From positions 1 to 52,613 of the forward strand of contig JACUUU010000001.1 of the NCBI GenBank assembly GCA_014859065.1: DNA of 52,613 nt. Reading direction: 5' to 3'. Numbering within the stretch: position 1 is the first letter of the stretch; every line of letters starts with the position of its first letter. Positions 35,453-45,733 of the stretch are shown here, in pieces. Position numbers and translations under genes: made by a program. Source of the DNA: Anaerolineales bacterium. Lineage in GTDB: Bacteria; Chloroflexota; Anaerolineae; Anaerolineales; UBA4823. The notes under the pieces were generated by a model that ran no database searches, was not told the origin of the DNA, and worked only from the letters and a program-made list of their open reading frames with translations.

Positions 35453-37537
35453 ATGTGGAGATCTCTCATCCAAATGGTAGCAGGAACAGCTGTGAGAAGG
35501 ATCATTAATATTCGATTGCCAGTTTGGTTTATTAGCCTCGTTTTTTTGACTTCCTGTTCCCTGTTTGAAGGTCCTGGTCCTGCACCAGAGCAAAACACAC
35601 CAGGCGTTGGAGATCAGCAGCACAGCACTCCCACCCAGACACCTATCCCGTCTCCTACCCCAATCCCGCGTAAATTGAATGTCTGTATTGGATCAGAACC
35701 GGATGACCTGTTTATTTATTCCGGCAGATCATTGGCTAAAAGCCATGTGATGGAAGCAATTTACGACGGACCGATCGATACACGTGGATTTGATTTCCAG
35801 GCAGTGATACTTGAAAAATTGCCTGACCTGTCGGATGGGGACGCATGGATCGAGCCAGTCCAGGTCTTTCAAGGAGACTGGGTAGTCAATGATGCTGGTG
35901 TGCTGGTTCAACTCATTCCGGGTGAGGTGGTGCGACCTTACGGATGTAATCAAGCAGATTGTGCAATTCCATGGGAGGGGGATCACTTGGAGATGGCACA
36001 GCTCTCGGTTGAATTCACGATATTGGAAGGTGTCAATTGGTCTGATGGACAACCTTTGAGCAGTTCTGATTCAGTGTTCAGCTTTGAGATTGCCCAACAA
36101 TGCCAGATTGAGGGGGTTGGCGCTTGTGGAGGGAATGGTCTGGTTCTTCCCAATCAGCGCACAGTTGATAATACTGCAGCGTATATACCAATGGATGATA
36201 GGGGTGTAAGGTGGGTAGGAGTGCCAGGTTACCTCGACCCTGATTATCGGGCAAATTTCTTTATCCCATTACCTGAGCATATATTAGGAGAACTTCCTGT
36301 CGAGCAAATGTTTTCAGCCCCTGAAACCACGCAGATGCCTATTGGTTGGGGAGCTTATACGGTTTCAGAATGGGTCGCTGGTGAGCAGATCCGGTTGAAT
36401 GCAAATCCGCATTACTTCCGCGCTCGGGAGGGGTTGCCTCTTTTCGATGAGTTGGTTTACCGGTTTATTGGCAATGAACCAGAGTCAAACCTGGCTTCGC
36501 TGGCATCAGGTGAGTGTGATATTCTCGATCAGGAAGCCAGCCAGCTGGTGAGAATGATTGAAGGTGAACGAGCTTCGCTTCTGCAACAACAAGGAGAGAT
36601 CGTCAATCACATCACATCTGGCTCCGTCTGGGAACAAGTTGCCTTTGGGATCCAACCCAGGTCGTATGATGGTGGCTACCTGCTTGGAATACACCGGGCA
36701 GACTTTTTTGGTGATCCACGCACGCGCCAGGCAATAGCGATGTGTATGGACCGGCAAAAAGTTGTGGACGAGGTTTTCTCTGGCACAACCCTGGTTGCGG
36801 ACAGCTATATCCCCCCATCTCATCCACTTTTCAACCCAGATATCGTTCGTTATGGATATAATCCTCAAGCAGGTATTGATTTACTGGAAGAGGTGGGTTG
36901 GGTTGATCACGATGACAACCCGGAGACACCACGCGTTGCCCGAGGTGTCCCCAATGTGATTAATGGCACACAATTATCATTGAATTATTTTACATCCTCC
37001 GCAAACCAACGCCAACAAGCAGCGGTCATCCTGGTTGAATCGCTGGAAGAATGTGGGGTTCAAATTGACCTGCATGTACTGCCAGCCAGTGAGGTATATG
37101 CTGAGGGTCCTGAAGGTCCGGTTTTTGGACGCCAATTTGACCTGGCTCAGCTGGCATGGATGACCGGACACCAACCGCTATGTAATTTATTCAACTCGGA
37201 TGAGGTGATGGGACCACCGCAGGAAACCTGGAAGCCTGCCGGCAGTGAACGTGTGATGGAATTCCTTTATGGATGGGGAGGGCAAAATCTGACCGGCTTC
37301 AGCGATGTGGAGTATGATGCAGCCTGTTATTCTGCCCTAGGAACATTGCCTGGGCAGGATGGTTATCTGGATGCTCACTACAGGGTTCAGGAAATCTTCG
37401 CTTCCCAGTTACCAGCAATCCCTCTTTACCTGCATACCAGGATGGTGCTCACGCGAGCAGATCTGGATGGTTTCATTTTAGATGCCACTGCAGCCAGCGA
37501 GCTGTGGAACATCGAGGAGTTTGATCGTATCGAGTGA
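35453..37537 (+). CDS. ABC-transporter family-5 (peptide/nickel-type) solute-binding lipoprotein, orphan
   Basis: Lipobox-like FLTSC followed by a Pro/Thr linker. SBP_bac_5-like segments (NPHYFRAREGLPLFDELVYRFI, ADSYIPPSHP). No permease or ATPase genes are adjacent. Confidence 0.75.
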   Translation: MWRSLIQMVAGTAVRRIINIRLPVWFISLVFLTSCSLFEGPGPAPEQNTPGVGDQQHSTPTQTPIPSPTPIPRKLNVCIGSEPDDLFIYSGRSLAKSHVMEAIYDGPIDTRGFDFQAVILEKLPDLSDGDAWIEPVQVFQGDWVVNDAGVLVQLIPGEVVRPYGCNQADCAIPWEGDHLEMAQLSVEFTILEGVNWSDGQPLSSSDSVFSFEIAQQCQIEGVGACGGNGLVLPNQRTVDNTAAYIPMDDRGVRWVGVPGYLDPDYRANFFIPLPEHILGELPVEQMFSAPETTQMPIGWGAYTVSEWVAGEQIRLNANPHYFRAREGLPLFDELVYRFIGNEPESNLASLASGECDILDQEASQLVRMIEGERASLLQQQGEIVNHITSGSVWEQVAFGIQPRSYDGGYLLGIHRADFFGDPRTRQAIAMCMDRQKVVDEVFSGTTLVADSYIPPSHPLFNPDIVRYGYNPQAGIDLLEEVGWVDHDDNPETPRVARGVPNVINGTQLSLNYFTSSANQRQQAAVILVESLEECGVQIDLHVLPASEVYAEGPEGPVFGRQFDLAQLAWMTGHQPLCNLFNSDEVMGPPQETWKPAGSERVMEFLYGWGGQNLTGFSDVEYDAACYSALGTLPGQDGYLDAHYRVQEIFASQLPAIPLYLHTRMVLTRADLDGFILDATAASELWNIEEFDRIE

Positions 37538-37603
37538 CAGGATGAATTTTCCAATTAAGGGGGATAAACAGACGAATTTCTTTTTCTCATCCATACAAAC
37601 TGT

Positions 37604-39742
37604 GTGCGAATGGATTCTTTCTCTTTAACTAGCAACCAGCTAAAGCTTGTCGAGATGCCCTTGAATGAAAAGGTCTTCCTGGAGGGACCTGCGGGTACCG
37701 GGAAGACGACAGCAGCAGTCCACAATCTGGAGCGTATGGTTATTAAGGGCGTTGACAGTGGTTCAATCTTGATACTCTTGCCGCAGCGCACCCTGGCAGC
37801 TCCGTATACCCGCACCCTGGCTAAGATGGGGTTCCCAGATGGAGGTGTCGCCGGCATCATGACTTTAGCAGGGCTGGCGCGCAGGATGGTTGACCTCTTC
37901 TGGCCGTTAGTGGTGGAGGAGGCTGGTTTTGAAAGACCTGACAAAGCACCAGTTTTTCTGAACATGGAAACCGCCCAATACTTCATGGCACGTGTTGTCA
38001 GACCACTGTTCAGCCGGGGTTTTTTCGAATCGGTGACAATCCACCGAAATCGGCTCTACAGCCAAATACTTGATAATCTCAACAAGTCGGCTGTGGTTGG
38101 ATTTCCATACACCACGATTGCTGCTCGATTAAAGAGTGCCTGGAAAGGGGAACCTGGTCAGGCGCGTGTTTACGATGATGCTCAAGAATGTGCTGTCCTA
38201 TTTCGTCGTTATTGCCTTGAGCACAATCTCCTTGATTTCTCTCTTCAGATTGAGGTGTTTGCCAAGCACATTTGGACGAACCAACTTTGCAGGGCGTATT
38301 TATGCACTCGATACAAACATTTATTCTTCGATAACCTGGAAGAAGACACCCCCATAACGCATGATCTCATCAGGGAGTGGTTACCCCAATTTGAGTCTGC
38401 ACTGTTGATCTTCGACCAAGATGGAGGTTACCGGCGTTTTCTAGGAGCTGATCCTGTGACCGGAAAAACCCTCAAGGATGTGTGTGGGAATAAAATGGTT
38501 TTCACAAACTCATTTACCAATCCCCCGGAATTAGAGGCGACGGCAACCCATTTTGGTCGAGTTATGAACTATCCGGTTAAGACACAAAGCGCGGACAGTC
38601 GCGCAGATAGTTTTATTAAGGGGAGGAAAACTAAATCACCTCTTGTGGTGCAATTTAACCGATATTACCCGCAAATGCTTGATTGGGTTGCCGAGACGAT
38701 CTCGCACCTGATTCACAACCAAAAGATCAGTCCAGGTGAAATTGTAGTATTAGCTCCGTATCTATCCGACTCCTTACGGTTCTCGTTGATCGAAAGATTA
38801 CATCGTTTCGAGATCCCGGCAATTTCTCACCGACCATCACGACCATTGAGGGAAGAACCTGCTGCCCAATGTTTGTTGACTTTGGCTACATTAGCTCATC
38901 CTGAATGGGAAATAAGACCCAGTAAGTATGAGGTCGTTTATGCGTTGGTAGAAGCTGTCGCGGGGATGGATCTCGTTCGAGCACAGCTCCTGACAGAGAT
39001 TGTCTATCGAACACGTGTAGGGCAACCTGTGATGACACCTTTCTCGAGCATCAAGGCAGACTTTCAAGAGCGGATTACCTATACTCTAGGTGAGAGGTTC
39101 GACCATTTACGAAATTGGATTGAAGATTACCGGCAAGATCCACTGAATGAACTGGATCACTTTTTCAGTCGATTATTTGGAGAGGTCCTATCACAACCAG
39201 GGTATGGCTTTCACTTCGATTATCGGTCCGGTAGAATTGCTGCAAACCTGATCGAGTCGGCAAGAAAATTTCGCCAGGTAATGAGTGAGGTTGAATTCAA
39301 TTCAGGCAAATCTATCAGCCAGGAATACATCGAGATGGTTTATGAAGGGGTTGTAGCAGCTCAATATATCGGCAGCTGGGATAGCCGACCAGGTGACGCT
39401 GTATTTCTGTCTCCAGCATATACGTTTCTTATGAGCAACAGACCAGTAGAATTTCAATTCTGGCTCGATATAGGTTCGACAGGATGGTTTGAACGCCTTT
39501 ACCAACCACTTACTCATCCTTATGTGCTAAGCCGTCATTGGAAAGATGGAACACCTTGGAATGATTCAGATGAACTCCAGGCGGCTCATCAGTCACTGAC
39601 TCTGCTTATCTTGGGCTTGATACGGCGCTGCCGTAATAAGATTTACCTGGCAACCAGTGAGTTAGGAGAACAAGGGTATGAGCAGAAAGGGAATTTATTG
39701 AGAATCGTTCATCAGGTATCTCGGCAAATTCAAAATGGGTAG
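37604..39742 (+). CDS. AddB/RexB-like SF1 helicase-like protein lacking a nuclease domain
   Basis: Walker A LEGPAGTGKTT. AddB-like Walker-B region LFFDNLEEDTPITHDLI. Divergent C-terminal half (IRRCRNKIYLATSE). No PD-(D/E)XK motif. The ORF opens at GTG 37604; ATG 37610 is an alternative start. Confidence 0.65.
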   Translation: MRMDSFSLTSNQLKLVEMPLNEKVFLEGPAGTGKTTAAVHNLERMVIKGVDSGSILILLPQRTLAAPYTRTLAKMGFPDGGVAGIMTLAGLARRMVDLFWPLVVEEAGFERPDKAPVFLNMETAQYFMARVVRPLFSRGFFESVTIHRNRLYSQILDNLNKSAVVGFPYTTIAARLKSAWKGEPGQARVYDDAQECAVLFRRYCLEHNLLDFSLQIEVFAKHIWTNQLCRAYLCTRYKHLFFDNLEEDTPITHDLIREWLPQFESALLIFDQDGGYRRFLGADPVTGKTLKDVCGNKMVFTNSFTNPPELEATATHFGRVMNYPVKTQSADSRADSFIKGRKTKSPLVVQFNRYYPQMLDWVAETISHLIHNQKISPGEIVVLAPYLSDSLRFSLIERLHRFEIPAISHRPSRPLREEPAAQCLLTLATLAHPEWEIRPSKYEVVYALVEAVAGMDLVRAQLLTEIVYRTRVGQPVMTPFSSIKADFQERITYTLGERFDHLRNWIEDYRQDPLNELDHFFSRLFGEVLSQPGYGFHFDYRSGRIAANLIESARKFRQVMSEVEFNSGKSISQEYIEMVYEGVVAAQYIGSWDSRPGDAVFLSPAYTFLMSNRPVEFQFWLDIGSTGWFERLYQPLTHPYVLSRHWKDGTPWNDSDELQAAHQSLTLLILGLIRRCRNKIYLATSELGEQGYEQKGNLLRIVHQVSRQIQNG

Positions 39743-39903
39743 AATGAAAATATTCTTCGGCTGCGATGGGGTTGGTTTTGAAGATCTGCAAGTGACTTTC
39801 CCCAAGATCAAGAATTGTGCTGGAGGAAAAATTCGCCTGCCTGGAAGCTTTGGCATTTTGACACAAGCGCGCTGCAGCCGGATTAATTTAATTGGTGGAG
39901 ATC

Positions 39904-42144
39904 ATGTTCCAACCACGCCCTAAGCAAGAAGAAGTTTTGAGTTACCGGAGAGGCAAGATGGGCGTAGCTGCTGTTCCGGGGAGCGGCAAAACACATACCT
40001 TATCCTATTTGGCAGCTAATATTATCCTTCGCGAGGAGCTGGAGGAGGATCAGGAAGTCTTAATCGTCACGCTGGTGAACTCAGCCGTGGACAACTTTGC
40101 CGGTCGGATTTCTGGCTTCCTGCATGAAAATGAGATCTTCGCTTACCCGGGATTTGGTTACTGCGTGCGAACGCTGCACGGTTTATCTCATGATATCGTG
40201 AGGGAACGACCTTCTTTGGTTGGCTTGGCGGATAATTTCCAAATAATCGATGAACAAACCGCAAACCAGATCCGCAGTGAGGCTGCCAGGGCATGGCTGC
40301 ATGCCAATATTGGGGTATTGGATGAATATTTCAGATCGGATCTGGATGAAAGGCAACGTGAGCTCGTTCGCCGTAAAGATCTGCTCGAGTTAGTCACGGG
40401 CATCGCCAACAGTGTTATCCGATCCGCTAAGGATCAGCAGATCACTCCGGAGAAATTACGCCTGCAATTAGATGGCTTGCCGCTGCCTCTCCGCTTGGCT
40501 GAAATGAGCTGTGAAATTTATTCAGACTACCAACGCGGCTTGAACTATAGAGGCGCAGTTGATTTTGATGATCTTACCAGGTTGGCGTTACAAGCTTTAA
40601 AATCAGATGAAGAATACCTGCAGCGCTTGCGCCATCGTTGGCATTATATCCTGGAGGATGAGGCGCAGGACAGCAGCCGTCTCCAGGAAGAGATCTTAGA
40701 GTTATTGGTCGGGGAGAATGGGAATTGGGTGCGTGTTGGTGATCCCAATCAAGCCATTTATGAGACCTTTACGACTGCAAATCCAGAATATTTACGGAGT
40801 TTTCTGAAGCGAGATGACGTATATGCAAGAGAATTGCCTAACTCTGGTCGTTCTACTCTCAGCATCATTTCACTGGCTAACCAGTTGATCCACTGGACAC
40901 AACATGAACACCCAAACGAAAATGTTCGTAACGCTCTAGCGCCACCTGAAATTGCCCCCACTCCCCATGGAGATCCCCAACCAAATCCGGAAGATAATCC
41001 TGCTGCTATAAGGTTTATCCCCAACAAATTCACCTCCCAGGAAGAGGTGCGAGCAGTGGCGGATTCTGTAGCTCGTTGGCTGCCTAAACATAACCAAGAA
41101 ACAGTTGCTATGCTGGTGCCTCGTAATCAAAGGGGCTTCGAAGTAGCTAAGGAATTGGGTAGAAGAAACATTGATTACGTAGAAAACTTACAGAGTTCAT
41201 CGACTACAAGGGCCACCGCAGGTGCTCTGGGTAATATAGTCAATTATCTGGCTGAGCCTCAATCCGCTAAAAAGCTGGCAACAGTTTATCGAGTTTGGCA
41301 AAGGGAAAATATCGAACAAAAAGGGCATACATCCAGGATTGCCGCATTGATAAGCTCCTGCAATCATGTTGAGAGCTTTATTTGGCCAAAAGTCAACCGT
41401 GATTGGCTGGATGAGGTAGAAACCCAACCAGAAGAAGGAGAATTTTTAGAAAAGTTGCGGGATTTTCGCCAGGTAGTCCAGAGGTGGCAGGGTTTGGTGC
41501 TGCTGCCCATCGATCAGGTAATCCTGACCCTTGCGCAAGACTTATTTGAGGATTTAACCCAGCTGGCTATCGCCCATAAGATAGCCCTGGTATTGCGGCG
41601 GGCGAGTGACTTGAACCCTGATTGGCGCTTGCCCCAGCTGGCTGGAGAACTGGCATTGGTGGCGAAAAATGAACGCAGATTCATCGGTTTTAGTGAGGAT
41701 GACCGATCATTTGATCCGGAAAATTATCGCGGTCGCGTTTATGTGACTACAATTCACAAAGCTAAAGGCTTGGAATGGGACCGCGTTTATCTGATGTCTA
41801 TCAACAACTACGATTTCCCCTCTGCAATCCAAGGTGACAAGTATATATCTGAGAAGTGGTTCCTGCGTGATGCGCTCAATCTCGAAGCTGAAGCGCTCGC
41901 TCAACTTAGAGCTGCATTTTCGAAGGATGAGTATAGCTGGTATCAAAAGGGAGAAGCGACACACAGCGCCCGTTTAGATTACGCTGCTGAACGATTGCGC
42001 CTGCTCTTTGTAGGCATTACCCGTGCGAAAAAGGAATTAATACTTACCTGGAATACAGGCCGTAATGGTGAATGCCGGGAAGCGCAGCCATTTACCGCAT
42101 TAAAGTACTTTTGGGAAGAATTCATCCATGACCATACCTCCTGA
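39904..42144 (+). CDS. UvrD/PcrA/AddA-type SF1A DNA helicase (no nuclease domain)
   Basis: Motif I AVPGSGKTH, motif II ILEDEAQDS, motif III VGDPNQAIY, motif V TIHKAKGLEW and motif VI LLFVGITRAKKEL. GGTGGAG RBS before ATG 39904. Confidence 0.9.
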   Translation: MFQPRPKQEEVLSYRRGKMGVAAVPGSGKTHTLSYLAANIILREELEEDQEVLIVTLVNSAVDNFAGRISGFLHENEIFAYPGFGYCVRTLHGLSHDIVRERPSLVGLADNFQIIDEQTANQIRSEAARAWLHANIGVLDEYFRSDLDERQRELVRRKDLLELVTGIANSVIRSAKDQQITPEKLRLQLDGLPLPLRLAEMSCEIYSDYQRGLNYRGAVDFDDLTRLALQALKSDEEYLQRLRHRWHYILEDEAQDSSRLQEEILELLVGENGNWVRVGDPNQAIYETFTTANPEYLRSFLKRDDVYARELPNSGRSTLSIISLANQLIHWTQHEHPNENVRNALAPPEIAPTPHGDPQPNPEDNPAAIRFIPNKFTSQEEVRAVADSVARWLPKHNQETVAMLVPRNQRGFEVAKELGRRNIDYVENLQSSSTTRATAGALGNIVNYLAEPQSAKKLATVYRVWQRENIEQKGHTSRIAALISSCNHVESFIWPKVNRDWLDEVETQPEEGEFLEKLRDFRQVVQRWQGLVLLPIDQVILTLAQDLFEDLTQLAIAHKIALVLRRASDLNPDWRLPQLAGELALVAKNERRFIGFSEDDRSFDPENYRGRVYVTTIHKAKGLEWDRVYLMSINNYDFPSAIQGDKYISEKWFLRDALNLEAEALAQLRAAFSKDEYSWYQKGEATHSARLDYAAERLRLLFVGITRAKKELILTWNTGRNGECREAQPFTALKYFWEEFIHDHTS

Positions 42145-43000
42145 TTTTTACTTCAGCCAGGCAAGACTCCAAGACTATGTAGAGTGCCGCCGTCGCTTCC
42201 AACTACGGTATTTGCTTGATATCGCTTGGCCCGCGGTAGAGGCTGAACCGGTAATTGAGAACGAAAGCCACTTGCAGATGGGAGAGCAATTCCATCATCT
42301 TATTCATCAGCATTTGGTTGGTATCAATTCCGAGCAGCTTTCTCGCCTGTCTCAGGGAAAACCTCTCCAAGGTTGGTGGCAAAATTACCTTGACTTTATG
42401 GAAGACCCTTTAATTAAGCCGCGGTTTTCTGGGCTTAATTCCAAATGCTTTGCAGAGATCAGCTTATCATCGACTTTGGGAGGCTACCGACTAATTGGCA
42501 AATTTGATGCCATCGCTGACTTTGAGGACCAGGGTGGTGTTAATGTGAGCATCTACGACTGGAAGACCTCTACCAACCGACCACCACGGGTTTGGTTAGC
42601 AAACCGCTTACAAACTCGAATCTATCCTTATTTGCTGATAAACGCGGGTGCTTCACTTATTCAGAGACAACCTATCCATCCAGATCAGGTAGAAATGATT
42701 TATTGGTTTGCTAATTTCCCTAACGATCCAGAGTATTTTAGTTACACACAATCCCAATTCGATCTAGATCATCGATATCTGACAGCGCTGGTCGATGAAA
42801 TTATACAACTACCTGCGGATGCATATTCATTAGCCTCAAATGACAGGAATTGCCGATTCTGTACCTATCGTTCTTTATGTGACCGCGGGACTAAGGCGGG
42901 GTTGATGGATGAAATCGAATTTGAAGGCTATGAGGAGGATAGAGACCAACCGGTTATCCCAATTCTAGATTTTGAGCAGATTGGTGAAATAGAATTTTAA
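42128..43000 (+). CDS. PD-(D/E)XK nuclease, Cas4/AddB-type with a four-Cys Fe-S cluster signature
   Basis: N-terminal SQARLQDYVECRRRFQLRYL (first Cys). Nuclease core GKFDAIAD...VSIYDWKTS and QTRIYPYLL. C-terminal CRFCTYRSLC. The start overlaps the helicase stop by 17 nt. Confidence 0.85.
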   Translation: MTIPPDFYFSQARLQDYVECRRRFQLRYLLDIAWPAVEAEPVIENESHLQMGEQFHHLIHQHLVGINSEQLSRLSQGKPLQGWWQNYLDFMEDPLIKPRFSGLNSKCFAEISLSSTLGGYRLIGKFDAIADFEDQGGVNVSIYDWKTSTNRPPRVWLANRLQTRIYPYLLINAGASLIQRQPIHPDQVEMIYWFANFPNDPEYFSYTQSQFDLDHRYLTALVDEIIQLPADAYSLASNDRNCRFCTYRSLCDRGTKAGLMDEIEFEGYEEDRDQPVIPILDFEQIGEIEF

Positions 43001-43006
43001 GATTCG

Positions 43007-45385
43007 ATGATGAGAAACTGGGTTGAACCTCATAAAGTGACCATACCAGCAGGTCTGGAGAATGAAGTTGGTGGACACCGGCTACTTAGCCAGCTATTGG
43101 TTCAGCGTGGGATCACTGATGTTGATGCAGCCAGGGCTTTTCTTGATTCACAATATTACCGCCCAACACCACCTGGTGAACTGGCGGGAATGGAAAAGGC
43201 AGTTGAACGTATAGAGAAGGCTATCCAAATTGGTGAAATCATTGGGGTGTGGGGAGATTTTGATGTCGATGGGCAGACTGCGACAGCGTTGTTGGTATCA
43301 GCTTTAAGAGGGTTGGGTGGTAAAGTCGAATATCACATTCCAATCCGAGAACGTGAATCACATGGCATAAACCTTCCGAGACTGAAACCTTTTTTAGATG
43401 GAGGTGTCGGATTACTAATAACCTGTGATACCGGAATTTCAGAGCACGAAGCGGTTAATTGTGCAAGTAAACGAGGGGTGGATGTGGTGATTACTGACCA
43501 CCATGAACTGCCCCCCAGATTGCCAAAGGCTTATGCTATCCTGAACCCAAAGTTGTTGCCTTCAAGCAGCCCACTTGCCAACCTTCCTGGGGTTGGTGTC
43601 GCATTCAAATTGGTTGAAGCTCTGTACCAAAACGCCGGACATGCAGGAGTGGTCGATTCCTATCTTGACCTGGTGGCTTTAGGTATCGTCGCTGATGTGG
43701 CTATCCAAGTTGGCGATACTCGCTATCTGCTTCAACGCGGCTTAGACGTTTTGAGGGATAATCAACGAGTTGGCCTACAAGTCATGATGGAATTGGCGGA
43801 TCTTCAGTCAGCCTCGCTATCTGAGGAACATATCGGTTTTGTGATAGCCCCGAGGCTGAACTCGCTTGGTCGATTGGCAGATGCCAATCCAGCTGTTGAA
43901 TTCCTGATAACTCAGGATATAAACAAAGCCAAAAAGTTGGGAGAGGAGTTGGAGTCATTAAATGCCAGGCGAAGGTTACTGACTGACCAGGTTTTCCAGG
44001 CTGCACAAACACAGATCGAAAAGGAGCCTACACTTTTATCTCAGGCTGCGTTGGTGCTGTCACACCAGACCTGGCCAGCTGGGGTGATAGGGATCGTCGC
44101 TGGTCGTCTGGCTGAACGCTATCAAAAACCAGCAGTCCTAATATCTGAACCACCAAGTGAATTAACACGTGGTTCGGCAAGATCGGTAGAGGGTTGTGAT
44201 ATATTCGAGGCGATCTCCTCTTGCCGCGAATTGTTGACAGGTTTTGGGGGCCACAGCATGGCTGCTGGTTTCTCTTTGGAGGCGGAACTAATCCCTGATT
44301 TCAGGCGGGCGTTGTCTGCAGTAGTTCAAAGCATGCTGGGGGAAGTCATATCTCCACCGAAACTGATTATCGATGGTTATTATGAACTGGGAGATTTAGC
44401 ATTTGAGTTTGTGAAGGAACTTGAACGTCTATCACCATTTGGTCCGGGAAATCCTGCCCCCATCCTGGTGAGCACGGGGTTAACCGTGAAGCAATTTAAC
44501 CCGATTGGAAGAAATTACGAGCATCTCAGGGTACTGGTTGAAGATAAGTACGGGCAGGTAAACAAGGTCATTTGGTGGAACGGGGCGGGATGGAAGTCTC
44601 GCGATCCTCTGGAAAACAGTGAGCCTTTCGACCTGGCTTATGTCGTGCGAACCAGCGATTATCGCGGGCAAAGCGATATTCAGATCGAATGGGTGGATAT
44701 CCGCCCGGCTGAAACCGCCCAGATTGAAGTGAATGGCGACCAACTCCTGATGGAGGTTCATGACTTCCGAGGTGAACCTGACCCCCTCGACCGTTTGAAA
44801 GGCTTGCTTGAGGAGAATGAACCCCAGATCTGGTGTGAGGGACTAGACCGACGCATGTTGGCTAACTTGGGTATCAAATCTTCCGATCGAGAGGAATTGA
44901 CCAAATCTAACAATCTGGTAATCTGGACTACACCTGCGGGGCGGAATGAGCTGATGGCTGCAATTGACAAAGTCTCTCCATCAGTGATTTCCTTGATTGC
45001 TGTGGAACCGCAAAACACTCAAGTTGAACCTTTCCTCAGATACCTGGCTGGTTTGTGCAAGTATGCCATTAACCACACCCAGGGTAAGGTCAAAGTAGCG
45101 TTGCTGGCAGCGGCTACCTCCCAATCTAAAGCGACTGTGAGGTTGGGCATATCCTGGTTAGAGAAAAGTGGTTTTCTTGCAGTGATGAACGAAGAAGCTG
45201 GTGAGCTTTCATTGGCGAAGGGAAAACAAACAGCTGTTGACGAACATACATATCTGCTTGATCAGCTCAAGGAATTGTTGGCAGAGACTGCCGCTTATCG
45301 AGCCTTCTTTTCTACAGCTGATGTTGACAGCTTACTTCCAACAACAAAGAACCCCACCAACCAGTTGAGGGGGGCAACCGGCTGA
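43007..45385 (+). CDS. recJ: Single-stranded-DNA-specific exonuclease RecJ with a C-terminal extension
   Basis: DHH motifs VWGDFDVDGQTA, ITCDTG and VVITDHH. DHHA1 motif GGHSMAAG. 792 aa. The start lies 6 nt after the nuclease stop. Confidence 0.9.
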   Translation: MMRNWVEPHKVTIPAGLENEVGGHRLLSQLLVQRGITDVDAARAFLDSQYYRPTPPGELAGMEKAVERIEKAIQIGEIIGVWGDFDVDGQTATALLVSALRGLGGKVEYHIPIRERESHGINLPRLKPFLDGGVGLLITCDTGISEHEAVNCASKRGVDVVITDHHELPPRLPKAYAILNPKLLPSSSPLANLPGVGVAFKLVEALYQNAGHAGVVDSYLDLVALGIVADVAIQVGDTRYLLQRGLDVLRDNQRVGLQVMMELADLQSASLSEEHIGFVIAPRLNSLGRLADANPAVEFLITQDINKAKKLGEELESLNARRRLLTDQVFQAAQTQIEKEPTLLSQAALVLSHQTWPAGVIGIVAGRLAERYQKPAVLISEPPSELTRGSARSVEGCDIFEAISSCRELLTGFGGHSMAAGFSLEAELIPDFRRALSAVVQSMLGEVISPPKLIIDGYYELGDLAFEFVKELERLSPFGPGNPAPILVSTGLTVKQFNPIGRNYEHLRVLVEDKYGQVNKVIWWNGAGWKSRDPLENSEPFDLAYVVRTSDYRGQSDIQIEWVDIRPAETAQIEVNGDQLLMEVHDFRGEPDPLDRLKGLLEENEPQIWCEGLDRRMLANLGIKSSDREELTKSNNLVIWTTPAGRNELMAAIDKVSPSVISLIAVEPQNTQVEPFLRYLAGLCKYAINHTQGKVKVALLAAATSQSKATVRLGISWLEKSGFLAVMNEEAGELSLAKGKQTAVDEHTYLLDQLKELLAETAAYRAFFSTADVDSLLPTTKNPTNQLRGATG

Positions 45386-45464
45386 TGGGGTTGCTGAGAT
45401 TATGCCATAGATTAGCAAATTGTGCAAGCTCCAATTGTCCCCCAAATTTTCACATTAGGGGTTG

Positions 45465-45692
45465 TTATCCACAGGTGGCGCAGTGACCTCCAGCACAGCT
45501 TGAACAGGCAGCTGCGGTGCTTTGCTGTGCCACAACACGACCATCTGAGTGAGCGAAAAACAAAGAAAGCATGCGCGAGGTGTGTTCACTCTGGCACTGC
45601 TTGCAGGGGATGGGCGCATCCGCTTCAGTCATCGACCGAAGTGCATCGAACTGAGTCTTACAATCCAAACAAACGTATTCGTAAATAGGCAT
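45465..45692 (-). CDS. FmdB-family zinc-ribbon protein
   Basis: MPIYEYVCLDCKTQFD...PCKQCQS (CxxC...CxxC), plus a C-terminal CSSCAGGHCATCG. ATG 45692 is preferred over the TTG at 45698. Confidence 0.85.
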   Translation of the reverse strand: MPIYEYVCLDCKTQFDALRSMTEADAPIPCKQCQSEHTSRMLSLFFAHSDGRVVAQQSTAAACSSCAGGHCATCG

Positions 45693-45733
45693 AGACAAAC
45701 CTTTAAATCAAGGATTTCCAGTAAATTACTCAC

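Noticed and set aside
39735-39923. 62-aa ORF bridging the two helicase genes
   Set aside because: It overlaps the stop of one gene and the RBS and start of the next, and has no motif. The region more likely holds an internal promoter (TTGACA at 39858-39863).
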